Positions 31,046 to 42,000 of a DNA stretch of 64,000 bases are shown here, piece by piece (position 1 is the first letter of the stretch; the number at the start of each line of letters is the position of its first letter). A program made the position numbers and the translations under genes. This DNA is from Alphaproteobacteria bacterium (GTDB lineage: Bacteria > Pseudomonadota > Alphaproteobacteria > Bin95), in contig CBDBGH010000003.1 in the NCBI GenBank assembly GCA_965205265.1, positions 1,376,001 to 1,440,000 of the forward strand, in the 5' to 3' direction. Under the pieces are notes generated by a model. That model was not told the DNA's origin and did not search any database. It saw nothing but the letters and a program-made list of their open reading frames with translations.

Positions 31046-31912
31046 TTGGCCGACCGACCGCTGGTGGAGGCGCTGTTTCACGAGCCGAGTTCGACGGTAA
31101 GCTATATCGTGGCCTGCCCGGAGACCGGCCGGGCCGCGATCGTCGATCCGGTGCTCGACTACGACATCTATTCCGGGCGGACCGAAACGGCTTTCGCCGA
31201 ACGGCTTGTCGAGCGGGTTCGCGAGCGCGGCCTCAGCGTCGAGTGGATCCTCGAAACCCATGTGCATGCCGACCATCTGAGCGCCGGCGCCTTCCTCAAG
31301 CAGACGCTCGGCGGCAGGACGGCCATCGGCGGCCACATCGTCGATGTGCAGGCGGTCTTCAAGGACATCTACAACCTGCCGCCGGAGTTCCTGACGGACG
31401 GCTCGCAGTTCGACCGGCTGTTCGGTGACGAGGAGCGGTTCCGGATCGGGGAGGTGGAAGCGCGGGTGCTGCACACGCCGGGCCACACGCCGGCCTGCGT
31501 CACCTATGTCATCGGCGATGCCGCCTTCACCGGCGACACGGTGTTCATGCCGGATTTCGGCACGGCGCGCTGCGATTTCCCCGGCGGCGACGCGGCGGCG
31601 CTCTACCGCTCCGCGCGGCGCATCCTCGCGCTGCCGCCCGAAACCCGCATCTTCGTCGGGCACGACTACGCGCCGGGCGGGCGGGAGGTCGCGTGGGAGA
31701 CGACGGTGGAAGAGGAGCGCAGGGCGAACCGGCATGTGCGCGACGGCATCGACGAGCAGGCCTTCGTCGCCATGCGCACCGAGCGCGACAAGGTGCTGGA
31801 TGTGCCGGCGCTGCTGTTGCCGTCGATCCAGGTGAACATGCGCGGCGGCGACCTGCCGGAGCCGGAAAGCAACGGCCGCGCCTATCTCAAGATTCCGCTC
31901 AACGCCTTCTGA
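31046..31912 (+). CDS. MBL-fold persulfide dioxygenase-like protein (ETHE1/SdoA type)
   Basis: ETHVHADH, HTPGHTPAC, GTARCDFPGGD, HDY, YLKIPLN; TTG start after AGGGGGAGG. Confidence 0.87.
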   Translation: MADRPLVEALFHEPSSTVSYIVACPETGRAAIVDPVLDYDIYSGRTETAFAERLVERVRERGLSVEWILETHVHADHLSAGAFLKQTLGGRTAIGGHIVDVQAVFKDIYNLPPEFLTDGSQFDRLFGDEERFRIGEVEARVLHTPGHTPACVTYVIGDAAFTGDTVFMPDFGTARCDFPGGDAAALYRSARRILALPPETRIFVGHDYAPGGREVAWETTVEEERRANRHVRDGIDEQAFVAMRTERDKVLDVPALLLPSIQVNMRGGDLPEPESNGRAYLKIPLNAF

Positions 31913-31915
31913 ACC

Positions 31916-32140
31916 ATGACCGACCTGCTGGACGCCACGGGCCTGCGCTGTCCGATTCCCGTCCTGCGGGCCCGCAAGCGCCTCCGCACGATGGCGCCCG
32001 GCGCCCGGCTCGAGGTGCTGACCGACGACCCGGCCTCGCCCATCGACATGCGCCATTTCTGCGCCACGGAAGGCCATGACATCGTGGAAGCCCAGGAAGC
32101 GGACGCGCCCTACCGTTTCGTGATCGCCAGGGCCGGATAG
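31916..32140 (+). CDS. TusA/SirA family sulfurtransferase
   Basis: LDATGLRCPIPVL...TDDP. Confidence 0.9.
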   Translation: MTDLLDATGLRCPIPVLRARKRLRTMAPGARLEVLTDDPASPIDMRHFCATEGHDIVEAQEADAPYRFVIARAG

Positions 32141-32250
32141 GCCTCCGCCGGCGGAGACGCCGCGCGATGTGTCATGGGATGTCATGTTCTGCATGCGCCG
32201 GGTTCATATGCTGTAGCCGGTTCCGACATGAAGCTGTCCGCCCCTTGACC

Positions 32251-32538
32251 TCATCCACCTGCCCTCACCGTCGCTCCCGGACGCCCGCAGAGTTTCTCCC
32301 GGCCACTCGTCCCGTCATGCCCGGACTTGTTCCGGGCATCTCCATCAGGCGCCATTGCGGCGGCGAAATTGGATGCCCGGAACAAGTCCGGGCATGACGA
32401 AGGGGGGGCGTCCGGGCATGACGGCGGGGGTGCTGCGCTCATGTCCTCCGCATAGGCGGCGGCGAGGGCCGCGGCGGCCGGGGCCAGCTTTTCGGCCAGC
32501 ATCGCCGCCAGTGCGGGTCGGGGGTCGGGTGCGGTCAT
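32251..32538 (-). CDS. Possible 95-aa ORF inside element copy 2, reading through a REP doublet
   Basis: GGAGGAGGAG SD before ATG 32538; MTAPDPRPALAAMLAEKLAP...; no recognisable family. Confidence 0.3.
   Translation of the reverse strand: MTAPDPRPALAAMLAEKLAPAAAALAAAYAEDMSAAPPPSCPDAPPSSCPDLFRASNFAAAMAPDGDARNKSGHDGTSGREKLCGRPGATVRAGG
32313..32399. repeat. CGTC-type REP doublet (REPIN-like)
   Basis: Perfect 28-bp inverted repeat CGTCATGCCCGGACTTGTTCCGGGCATC; partial extra unit to ~32423. Confidence 0.93.
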
Positions 32539-32796
32539 CGTCTCTCCTCCTCCGATAGGGAGCGGGTCCCTTTTCCGCGCGTATCCCGCGCGGGCGCCTG
32601 TGCCGGCGCGGGCGGGCGTTTCGCGGCGGCGCGGTTCGCGCGCCTGATTGCGCGCGCGAGGCGGCGGGCGCACGTCTCCCGTCGGCTTCCCAGGGGTTTT
32701 CAGAAAGTGGCGCCGCTCGGCCGCGCGGCACCCGGGGAGGCGGCTCCGGAGTCCGCTTCCCTGGGAGCCATCATACCATACTCCGCCAGATGTCAA

Positions 32797-32811
32797 GACC
32801 ATATAAGGAAC
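32797..32811 (-). promoter_or_regulatory. Putative LexA box abutting the -35 of the element copy 2 promoter
   Basis: GACC-atataag-GAAC, one mismatch to GAAC-N7-GAAC. Confidence 0.5.
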
Positions 32812-32863
32812 AAAATTCAAAAATATCGGAAATTGTTCATTTCAAGCATTCTTCCGACAGCGC

Positions 32864-34273
32864 CTAAAGACGGGCGGCGGCCGACCGGATCGCCTCCCAG
32901 GCCTGTTCGACATGGATGCGTCCGGTGCCGGTCTGTCCGATGGAGACGCGAATCGCATAGGCTCCGTTCACGCTGCCTTGCGTCAGGTAGATGCGCCCTT
33001 CGTCGTTGATCGCGTGCAGCAGCCGCTCGTTCAGCTCGTCAAGCGCCTCGTTCCCTTGAGGAGCGTAGCGGAAATTCAGCAATGCCAGAGACCTGGGGGC
33101 CATAAGCTCGAAATCCGGATGCGCCGTGATCTCGCCTTCGAGCCATTCCGCCAGCGCGATATGCCGCCGGACCAGGTCGCGCAGGCCGGCGAGGCCGTAG
33201 CTGCGCAGAACGAACCAGAGCTTGAGCGCGCGGAAGCGCCGGCCGAGCGGCACGCTCCAGTCCCGGTAGTCGATAACGGCGTCTCCCTCCCGGCTTTGCA
33301 GATAGGCGGGGAGGATCGCGAACGTGCGGATCAGCGCGTCCGGATCGCGAACGAAATGTGCCGAGCAATCGAAGTTGGTGAGCAGCCATTTGTGCGGATT
33401 GAAGACGAGGCTGTCCACGGCCTCGATGCCCTGCAGCATCCAGCGGTGCTCCTCGCAGATGAGCGCGCTGCCCGCCCACGCGGCATCGACATGGAGGAAG
33501 ATGTCATGCGCGCGGGCGACGGCGCCGATTTCGTCCAGCCGGTCGATGGCGCCGACGCCGGTCGTGCCGAGGCTCGCCACGATGCAGGCGGGCCTGAGGC
33601 CGGCCGCCCTGTCCGCGCGAATCGCCGCATCCAGCGCATTCGCCTTCATCGCGAAGTCGCCGCCGGTTTCGACCAGCTGGACATGGCGGCGCCCGTAGCC
33701 GGCGATCTTCGCGCCCTTCTCGGTGGCGGAATGGGCCTGGTCCGAGGTGTAAACCACGGGCGCAGCGCCGGCTTCGGCGAGGCCGTGCTTGTTAGCCGCG
33801 CCCCCGGTCGCGCGCTCGCGCGCCGTCAGGAGCGCGCACAATATGGCCGAGGAGGCCGAGTCCTGGATCGTGCCCGCAAAGCCTTCCGGCAGGCCGATGG
33901 CCTGCCTGAGCCAGTCCAGCATGCGGGTTTCCATCTCGGTGGCGGCGGGCGAGGTCTGCCACAGCATGCATTGCGCGCCGAGCGCCGCCGTCAGCATCTC
34001 CGCCAGCACCGAGGGCGGGCTCGAATTGGCCGGGAAATAGGCGAAGAAGCGCGGATGCTGCCAGTGGGTCATGCCCGGCATCACGATGCGCTCGAAATCC
34101 GCGAACACGGCGTCCATCGCCTCGCCCGCCTCGGGCGGCGCCGGGGGCAGGGCGGCGGCGATCTCGCCGGGACGGGTCTGCGCGCGGACGGGCAGGCGCT
34201 CCACCCCGGTCATGTAGTCGGCCATCCAGTCCACGAAGCGGTGGGCGTGGGCCCTGAATTCCTCAGGCGTCAC
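32864..34273 (-). CDS. Aromatic-L-amino-acid decarboxylase (group II PLP decarboxylase)
   Basis: MTHWQHPRFFAYFP, SPAATEME, HVDAAWAG, FNPHKW, PLGRRFRALKLW. Confidence 0.9.
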   Translation of the reverse strand: MTPEEFRAHAHRFVDWMADYMTGVERLPVRAQTRPGEIAAALPPAPPEAGEAMDAVFADFERIVMPGMTHWQHPRFFAYFPANSSPPSVLAEMLTAALGAQCMLWQTSPAATEMETRMLDWLRQAIGLPEGFAGTIQDSASSAILCALLTARERATGGAANKHGLAEAGAAPVVYTSDQAHSATEKGAKIAGYGRRHVQLVETGGDFAMKANALDAAIRADRAAGLRPACIVASLGTTGVGAIDRLDEIGAVARAHDIFLHVDAAWAGSALICEEHRWMLQGIEAVDSLVFNPHKWLLTNFDCSAHFVRDPDALIRTFAILPAYLQSREGDAVIDYRDWSVPLGRRFRALKLWFVLRSYGLAGLRDLVRRHIALAEWLEGEITAHPDFELMAPRSLALLNFRYAPQGNEALDELNERLLHAINDEGRIYLTQGSVNGAYAIRVSIGQTGTGRIHVEQAWEAIRSAAARL

Positions 34274-34359
34274 GGGGCCGGGCGCTCCGGCGCCATTGAT
34301 TCCGGGGGCAGCATCGGGGTTATAGTCTCCGGCAGCGAGATCGACCGGATGAGCATGGC

Positions 34360-35403
34360 ATGACGACAGTTTCTCCAGAAGTCCTCGACAGCCCGGCAGC
34401 CTGGCGCGGCCCGGAGATGTGCGCCGAGAGCGGCTAGGAGCTGCGCCTTTCCGACGCCGAGATCGGGGAAATCGACCGCGCGGTTGCGGCCATCGACCGG
34501 CCCCTGATCGAGGTGGACCGGGAGGCGTTCCCGCTGCCGACCCTGGGTCCGAAGCTCGTCCGTCTCAGGCAGGAACTGTTGCAGGGCAGGGGGTTCTTCC
34601 TGCTGCGCGGGCTGCCGGTGGGGCGCATGAGCCGGGAAGAGGCCGTGGCCGCCTTCTGGGGCATCGGCGCGCATTTCGGCAGCGCGCGCTCGCAGAACGC
34701 CAGGGGCCACCTGATGGGCCATGTCAAGGATGTGGGCCTGCACAGCAGCGATCCCAATGTCCGCGTTTACCAGACCCGCGAACGCCAGCTTTTCCACACC
34801 GATTCCGTGGATATCGTCGCGCTGATGTGCCTGCAGCCGGCCAAGGCGGGCGGCCTGAGTTCCATCGTGAGCTCCGTGGCCGTCCATAACGAGATGGCGC
34901 AGCGACGACCGGATCTTGCGGCCGAGCTCTACGAGCCGTTCATTGTCGACCGGCGCGGCGAGGTGCCGGAAGGCATGAAGCCCTGGTTCGCCCTGCCGGT
35001 GTTCAACCGGATCGGCGACGAGCTGACCACGATCTACACACGGCGCTACATCGAGTCCGCGCGCCGCTTCCCGGAGGTTCCGGCGCTGACGCCGAAACAG
35101 GTAGAAGCCCTCGACCTGTTCGACTCGCTCTGCAACAGCGACGACTTCCGGCTCGACATGGCCTTCGAGTCCGGCGACATGCAGTTCCTTTGCAACCACG
35201 TCATCCTGCACGACCGGACCGCCTTCGAGGATTGGCCGGAGCCGGAGCGCCGCCGCCACTTGTTGCGGCTCTGGCTGTGCCCGCCCGAGGGACGCAGGCT
35301 TCCGGACGCCTTCGCCGCCCGCTACGGCAGCACCCGGCCGGGCGACCGGGGCGGCATCGTGGTCAAGGACGCGGTGCCGGCGGTGCCTCTGGAGGCGGCG
35401 TAG
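34360..35403 (+). pseudogene. TauD/TfdA-like Fe(II)/2OG dioxygenase with in-frame TAG at codon 26
   Basis: ATG 34360 MTTVSPEVLDSPAAWRGPEMCAESG-TAG(34435-34437)-ELRLSDAEIGEIDRA, in frame with track ORF 34513..35403 (FHTD, LHDRTAF, RHLLRLWL). Confidence 0.7.
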
Positions 35404-36039
35404 CCCGCGCCGAGGCGAGGAAGCGCTCCAGCGCGCCGTCCGGCAGGTCGCGCGGCAGCTCCGCCTCTGCCCCCAATGCGGCCTTGAGGCGGAGGCGATA
35501 GTCCGTGCGGCTGATTTCCACCGCGCCGAAGGTCGCCAGGTGGTGGGTGAAGAACTGCGTGTCCAGAAGGCGGTAGCCGCCGACTTTTAGGCGGGCCGCG
35601 AGGTGGACGAGCGCCACCTTGCTCGCGTCCCGGACCCGCGAGAACATGCTCTCCCCGAAGAAGGCGCCGTCGATGGCCACGCCGTAAAGGCCGCCCGCCA
35701 GCCGCCCCTCCAGCCGGCATTCCACGCTGTGCGCCGCCCCTTTCCGGTGGAGCTCCCGGTAGAGCCGCAGGATGTCGTCATTGATCCAGGTGTCGCCGTC
35801 ATCCGCGCGCGGCTCGGCGCAGGCCGCGATCACCGCGTCGAAATCGCCATCGACCGCAACCTCGAACCGGCCCTGGCGGACGGTGCGCGCAAGGCGCCGC
35901 GGCACATGGAAGCCGTCCAGCGGGATGACGCCGCGCCGGCGCGGGTCCAGCCAGTAGAGCGTGTCGGAGCTGCGCCCGTCCGCCATGGGGAAGAGCCCCA
36001 GCCGGTAGGCGGTCAGCAGCATTTCCGCCGAAATCCGCT

Positions 36040-36043
<4 letters not shown>
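35363..36043 (-). CDS. aat: Leucyl/phenylalanyl-tRNA-protein transferase
   Basis: AYRLGLFPM, TWIN, AHSVE, GGLYG, FFGESMFS, DASKVAL, LDTQ. Confidence 0.95.
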
Positions 36044-37380
<1,337 letters not shown>

Positions 37381-37384
37381 CGGC

Positions 37385-37834
37385 TCAGCCGAGAATCATC
37401 AGGGTCTCGCCATATTCGACCGGGTCGCCGCTGGAGACGAGAATCTGCCGGACGACGCCAGCGCAAGGGGCGGGAATCTGGTTATAGACCTTCATCGCCT
37501 CGATAATCAGCAGGATCTGGCCCGCCTCGACCCGGTCGCCGACCTGGACGAATGCCGGCTGCCCCGGTTCCGGCTGAAGATAGACGGTCCCCACGATGGG
37601 CGCCGCGACGGGCGTGCCGTCCGCTCCGCCGGAAGGCTGCTGCGGCGGCGCGAGCGCATCTGTCGGCACGGGCTGCTCCGGCGCCGCGGCGGCTTGCGGG
37701 GGCGGCGCGGCGGCGCGGGCCGAAATCCGGAGGCTGCGCTCGCCGTCGCGATATTCGATTTCCGCAACGCCCGTTTCCTCCAGCAATCCCGCCAGGCGGC
37801 GAACCGCGTCTTCGTCGATTGCAAAACGGCTCAT
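37385..37834 (-). CDS. accB: Biotin carboxyl carrier protein
   Basis: Ala/Pro linker; EAMKV biotin site; aroQ-accB-accC order. Confidence 0.95.
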   Translation of the reverse strand: MSRFAIDEDAVRRLAGLLEETGVAEIEYRDGERSLRISARAAAPPPQAAAAPEQPVPTDALAPPQQPSGGADGTPVAAPIVGTVYLQPEPGQPAFVQVGDRVEAGQILLIIEAMKVYNQIPAPCAGVVRQILVSSGDPVEYGETLMILG

Positions 37835-38286
37835 GGCACATTCCCGTCCGAGCGCCAGCGGTCTTCGAGCGCCAGCAGGGCCAGCCGGTAGCCGACCGGG
37901 CCGAAGCCCGCGATCATGCCAAGCGCCGCACCCGATATATAGGAACGATGCCGGAAGGCTTCACGCCGGTGAATGTTCGAAAGATGAACCTCGACCACCG
38001 GGCCCTCGAAGAGGGTGAGCGCATCGAGCAGCGCCACCGAGGTGTGGGTGTAGGCCGCCGCATTGATGACGATGGCGTCGAAATCCCCGCGCGCCTCCTG
38101 GATCCAGGTGACAAGCTCGCCCTCTTGGTTGCTCTGCCGGCAGACCGCCACCATGCCCAGCTCGCCCGCAGCTGCCTCGACGCCGGCGGAAATCTCGGCA
38201 AGCGTCGTGCGCCCGTAGATCTCGGGCTGGCGCTGGCCGAGCATGTTGAGGTTCGGCCCGTTCAGGACCAGCACGCGCTTCGCCAT
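37831..38286 (-). CDS. aroQ: Type II 3-dehydroquinate dehydratase
   Basis: LNGPNLNMLG, QSNQEG, THTSVAL, EVHLSNIHRRE. Confidence 0.96.
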   Translation of the reverse strand: MAKRVLVLNGPNLNMLGQRQPEIYGRTTLAEISAGVEAAAGELGMVAVCRQSNQEGELVTWIQEARGDFDAIVINAAAYTHTSVALLDALTLFEGPVVEVHLSNIHRREAFRHRSYISGAALGMIAGFGPVGYRLALLALEDRWRSDGNVP

Positions 38287-38314
38287 GCTCATCCTCGCTC
38301 GCTGCGGCGGCGCC

Positions 38315-39007
38315 TCAGAAGGATTCCGTCCACGGCCTGAGATCGACCTCATGCGCCCAGGCCGAGCGATGCTGGCGGTGGACGTGCAGATAGGTCTCCG
38401 CAATCGAGTCGGGAACCAGGAGGTGGTCTTCCGGCAGGCCGGGGTCGGGCGCGTGGTGCGGCCCCAGAATGCCGCCGTCTATGACAAAATGCGCAACATG
38501 GATGCCCTTCGGCCCGTAGTCGCGCGCCATGGACTGCGCCAGCGCGCGCAGGCCGAACTTGCCGACCGCGAAGCCCGCCGACATGGCATAGCCTTTGACC
38601 GAAGCCGTCGCCCCGGTGAAGAAGATGCTGCCGGAACCGCGCGGCAGCATGGCGCGGGCGGCCTCCCGGCCCACAATGAAGCCGCCGAGGCAGGCCTGCC
38701 GCCAGGCCTGTTCGAACGCCTCGGTCTCGATGTCCACGACGCTGGCGCGAACGCGGCCCGAAGCGTTGAAGACCACGATGTCCGGGTCCGGCGCCGCCGC
38801 GAACAGCGCCTTGACGCTCGCATCGTCCGTGGCGTCGCAGGCGTGAAGGCTCACGGCACCGCCCAGTTCGGCAGCGATCGGCTCCAGCTTCGCCGGCGTG
38901 CGCGCGGCCAGTGCAACCTTCATGCCGGCGCGAGAGAAAATGCGCCCAAGCGAAGCGCCGAGGCCGGGCCCCACCCCGACGACGATCGCGGTTTCCGTCC
39001 CGTTCAT
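38315..39007 (-). CDS. SDR family oxidoreductase
   Basis: VGVGPGLG, FTGATAS, FAVGKFGLRALAQS, DLRPWTESF. Confidence 0.9.
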   Translation of the reverse strand: MNGTETAIVVGVGPGLGASLGRIFSRAGMKVALAARTPAKLEPIAAELGGAVSLHACDATDDASVKALFAAAPDPDIVVFNASGRVRASVVDIETEAFEQAWRQACLGGFIVGREAARAMLPRGSGSIFFTGATASVKGYAMSAGFAVGKFGLRALAQSMARDYGPKGIHVAHFVIDGGILGPHHAPDPGLPEDHLLVPDSIAETYLHVHRQHRSAWAHEVDLRPWTESF

Positions 39008-39020
39008 ACTGGGAATGCTC

Positions 39021-42000
39021 CTATTCGGCGGCGGCTATCGTTTGTTTGCCGGGATTGCGCAGCGCTTCGAGATGCGCGTCGCGCTGCTTCTCCGCGGCTT
39101 CGAGATGGCGCAGCTTCACATGGCCGTAGCCCCGGATATGCTCCGGCACGCTCGCGAGCGCGACGGCGGCGGCGCATGTCTCCGGGGCGAAGCGGGCGAA
39201 GATTTCCTCCACATCGCCCTCATATTGCGCGATCAGCGCGCGCTCGCGGCGGCGCTCCTCCGTGCGCCCGAAGGGGTCGAAGGCCGTGCCGCGCAGGCCG
39301 CGCATCGCCGCCAGCAGCCGGAAGAGGTGCAGCATCCACGAGCCGAAGCGCATCTTGCGCGGTTCTCCGGTCACCGGGTCCTTCCGGGCGAAAAGCGGCG
39401 GGGCCAGGTTGAACTCCAGCCGGTAGCCGCCTTCGAACTGGCGCTCGATCTGCTTGCGCAGGTCCCCGGAGGCGTGAAGCCGGGCGACCTCGTATTCGTC
39501 CTTGTAGGCCAGCAGCTTGAAGTAATAGCGCGCGACCGCGTGGGAAAGCGGCCCGCCGCCCTCCACGCCCTCGGCCTTGCGCACCCGGTCCACCAGGGCC
39601 TTGTACCGCCCGGCATAGGCGGCGTTCTGGTAGCCGGTCAGGAACGCGGTCCTGCGGGCGACCATGTCGTCCAGGCTTTCGAGAACGGGACGCTCCTGCC
39701 TCGCGTCCGCTGGGTAGGCGATCCGCTCGACGAAAGCGAGGTCATGCGCCGCGCGCCGGCCCCAGTCGAACGCGGTCTTGTTCATCTCGACGGCGACGCC
39801 GTTGAGCTCGATGGCGCGCTCGATGGCTTCGGCGCCGACCGGGACCAGGCCCCTCTGATAGGCGAAGCCGGCCATGAACAGGTTGGCGCCGATGGCGTCG
39901 CCGAGCAGCGCCGTGGCGAGGCGCGTGGCGTCGATCATTTCCACGGCGTCGCCGCCGAGCGCCGCCTCGATCCGGGTCCGCAGTTCGTCCTCCGGGAAGG
40001 ACATGTCCGGATTGCGGGCGAACTCGTTGGTGTAGGTGCGGTAGGTGTTGATGACCGCCCGGCTGGTGCCCCGGCCCAGCCTCGAGAGCGTGTCGATCTG
40101 GCTGGAGGTCACGAGATCGCAGCCGATGAGCGCGCGTGCGCCGCCGAGCCCGATCCGGACGCTGTGCAGGTCCTCCGGATTGTCGGCGATCCGCAGGTGG
40201 CTCCAGACGGCGCCGCCTTTCTGCGCGAGCCCCGTCATGTCCATCACGGTGGCGGCCTTGCCTTCCAGATGCGCCGCCATGGCGAGCAGCGCGCCCACGG
40301 TGATGACGCCGGTGCCGCCGATGCCGTCGATCATGATGGAGTAGGGCTCGCCGGTTGCCGGAATGGCGGGCTCCGGCAGGACTTCCAGCGGCCCCGGCGC
40401 CCGGCCGGCGGGCTTGCCCTTGCGCGGCTCGGCGTCATAGACCGTGACGAAGCTCGGACAGAAGCCGTTCAGGCAGGAATAATCCTTGTTGCAGGCGGAC
40501 TGGTCGATCATCCGCTTGCGGCCGAACTCGGTCTCGACCGGGATGACGGAGACGCAATTCGACTTGACGCCGCAATCGCCGCAGCCTTCGCACACGGCCG
40601 GGTTGATGAACATGCGCTTCGGCGGGTTCGGGAAGGCGCCGCGCTTGCGCCGCCGGCGCTTCTCCGCCGCGCAGGTCTGCACATAGACGAGGCCCGAAAC
40701 GCCCTCGATCTCCCGGAGCTCGATCTGGACCCGGTTCAACTCCGAGCGGTGCCTGACCACCGTGCCCGGCGCAAGATCCCGCGCCTTTTCATAGGCTTCC
40801 GGCGTGTCGGTGACGAGATAGATCGGCTTCACGCCCTCCGCGGCAAGCTGCTGCGTTACCATTGCGGGCGACAGCGGACCGTCCACCGGCTGCCCGCCGG
40901 TCATGGCGACGGCGTCGTTGTAGAGCACCTTGTAGGTCATGTTGGCGCCCGACGCGACGGCGGCCCGCACCGCCAGAATGCCGGAATGGTAGTAGGTGCC
41001 GTCGCCGATATTCTGGAAGATGTGCGGCGTCTCGACGAAGTGGTGCAGCCCGGCCCAGGTCGCGCCTTCGGCGCCCATATGCGTGTAGGTGGCGGTCTTG
41101 TCCGGATCGACCCACTGCGCCATGAAATGGCAGCCGATGCCCGAGAACGCCCGCGACCCGTCCGGCAGCCGCGTGCCGGAGTTATGCGGGCAGCCCGAGC
41201 AGAAGGACGGTGTGCGCACGAGGCTCGGCTGGTTGCCGCCCGACTGGCGGGTCGCATTCCGAATCGTCTCCAGCCGGGACTCGAAGCGCGAGATGTCGGC
41301 CATCCGGCCGAGCCGGGAGAGAATGGCTTCGGCCACTTCTTCGGGCTGCAATTCCCCGTGGGTCCGCAGCAGTTCCCGCCCGTCCTCGTCGGTCTTGCCG
41401 ACAACGCGGGGCCGGCGGTCGGCCGGCGTGCTGTAAAGCAGGTCCTTGATCTGCGGCTCGATCAGCCCGCGCTTCTCTTCGACGACGACGACCTCTTCCA
41501 GCCCCTCGCAGAAGGCGCGCATGCCTTCCGGCTCTATCGGCCAGGAGAGCGCCACCTTGTAGACCGAGAGCCCGAGCTCGCGCGCGGTCGCATCGTCGAT
41601 GCCGAGCGCCGAGAGGGCCTGGCGCACATCCAGATAGGACTTGCCGGTCGTGACGATCCCGATCCGCCGGCCCGGCCCGCCGACCGTGACACGGTCCAGC
41701 CGGTTGGCGCGCACGAAGGCAACGGCCGCCGGCAGCTTGACATTGTGCAGGCGGGGCTCCTGCTCCAGCCACATGTCGGGCCAGCGGATATTGGGGCCGC
41801 CCTCCGGCATCTCGAAATCGGTCGGAAGGCGGATCTGCACCCGGTCCGGGTCGATATCGACGGTCGCCGTGGAATCGACCGTGTCCGTGACGCAGATGAA
41901 GCCCGCCCAAAGGCCCGCATAGCGCGACATGGCGAAGCCGTAGAGGCCGAAATCGAGGAATTCCTGCACGCCCGACGGATTCAGGATCGGCACCATGGCG

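Larger units (their letters stand above)
32141..32860 (-). repeat. Dispersed ~750-bp element, copy 2
   Basis: Minus strand: AT-rich head, TTGACA(32796-32791)...TATGAT(32775-32770), GC block 32576-32651, REP doublet, block 32154-32235 with CATGAC repeats. Confidence 0.85.

Noticed and set aside
30143-32194. 683-aa minus-strand ORF running from one CATGAC array to the other
   Set aside because: Antisense to tusA and the MBL gene and out of frame with the hydratase; its start and stop come from ATGA in the arrays; no protein-like features.
35363-35403. 41-bp convergent overlap of aat and the TauD-like gene
   Set aside because: Low-complexity tail extension, common in GC-rich genomes.
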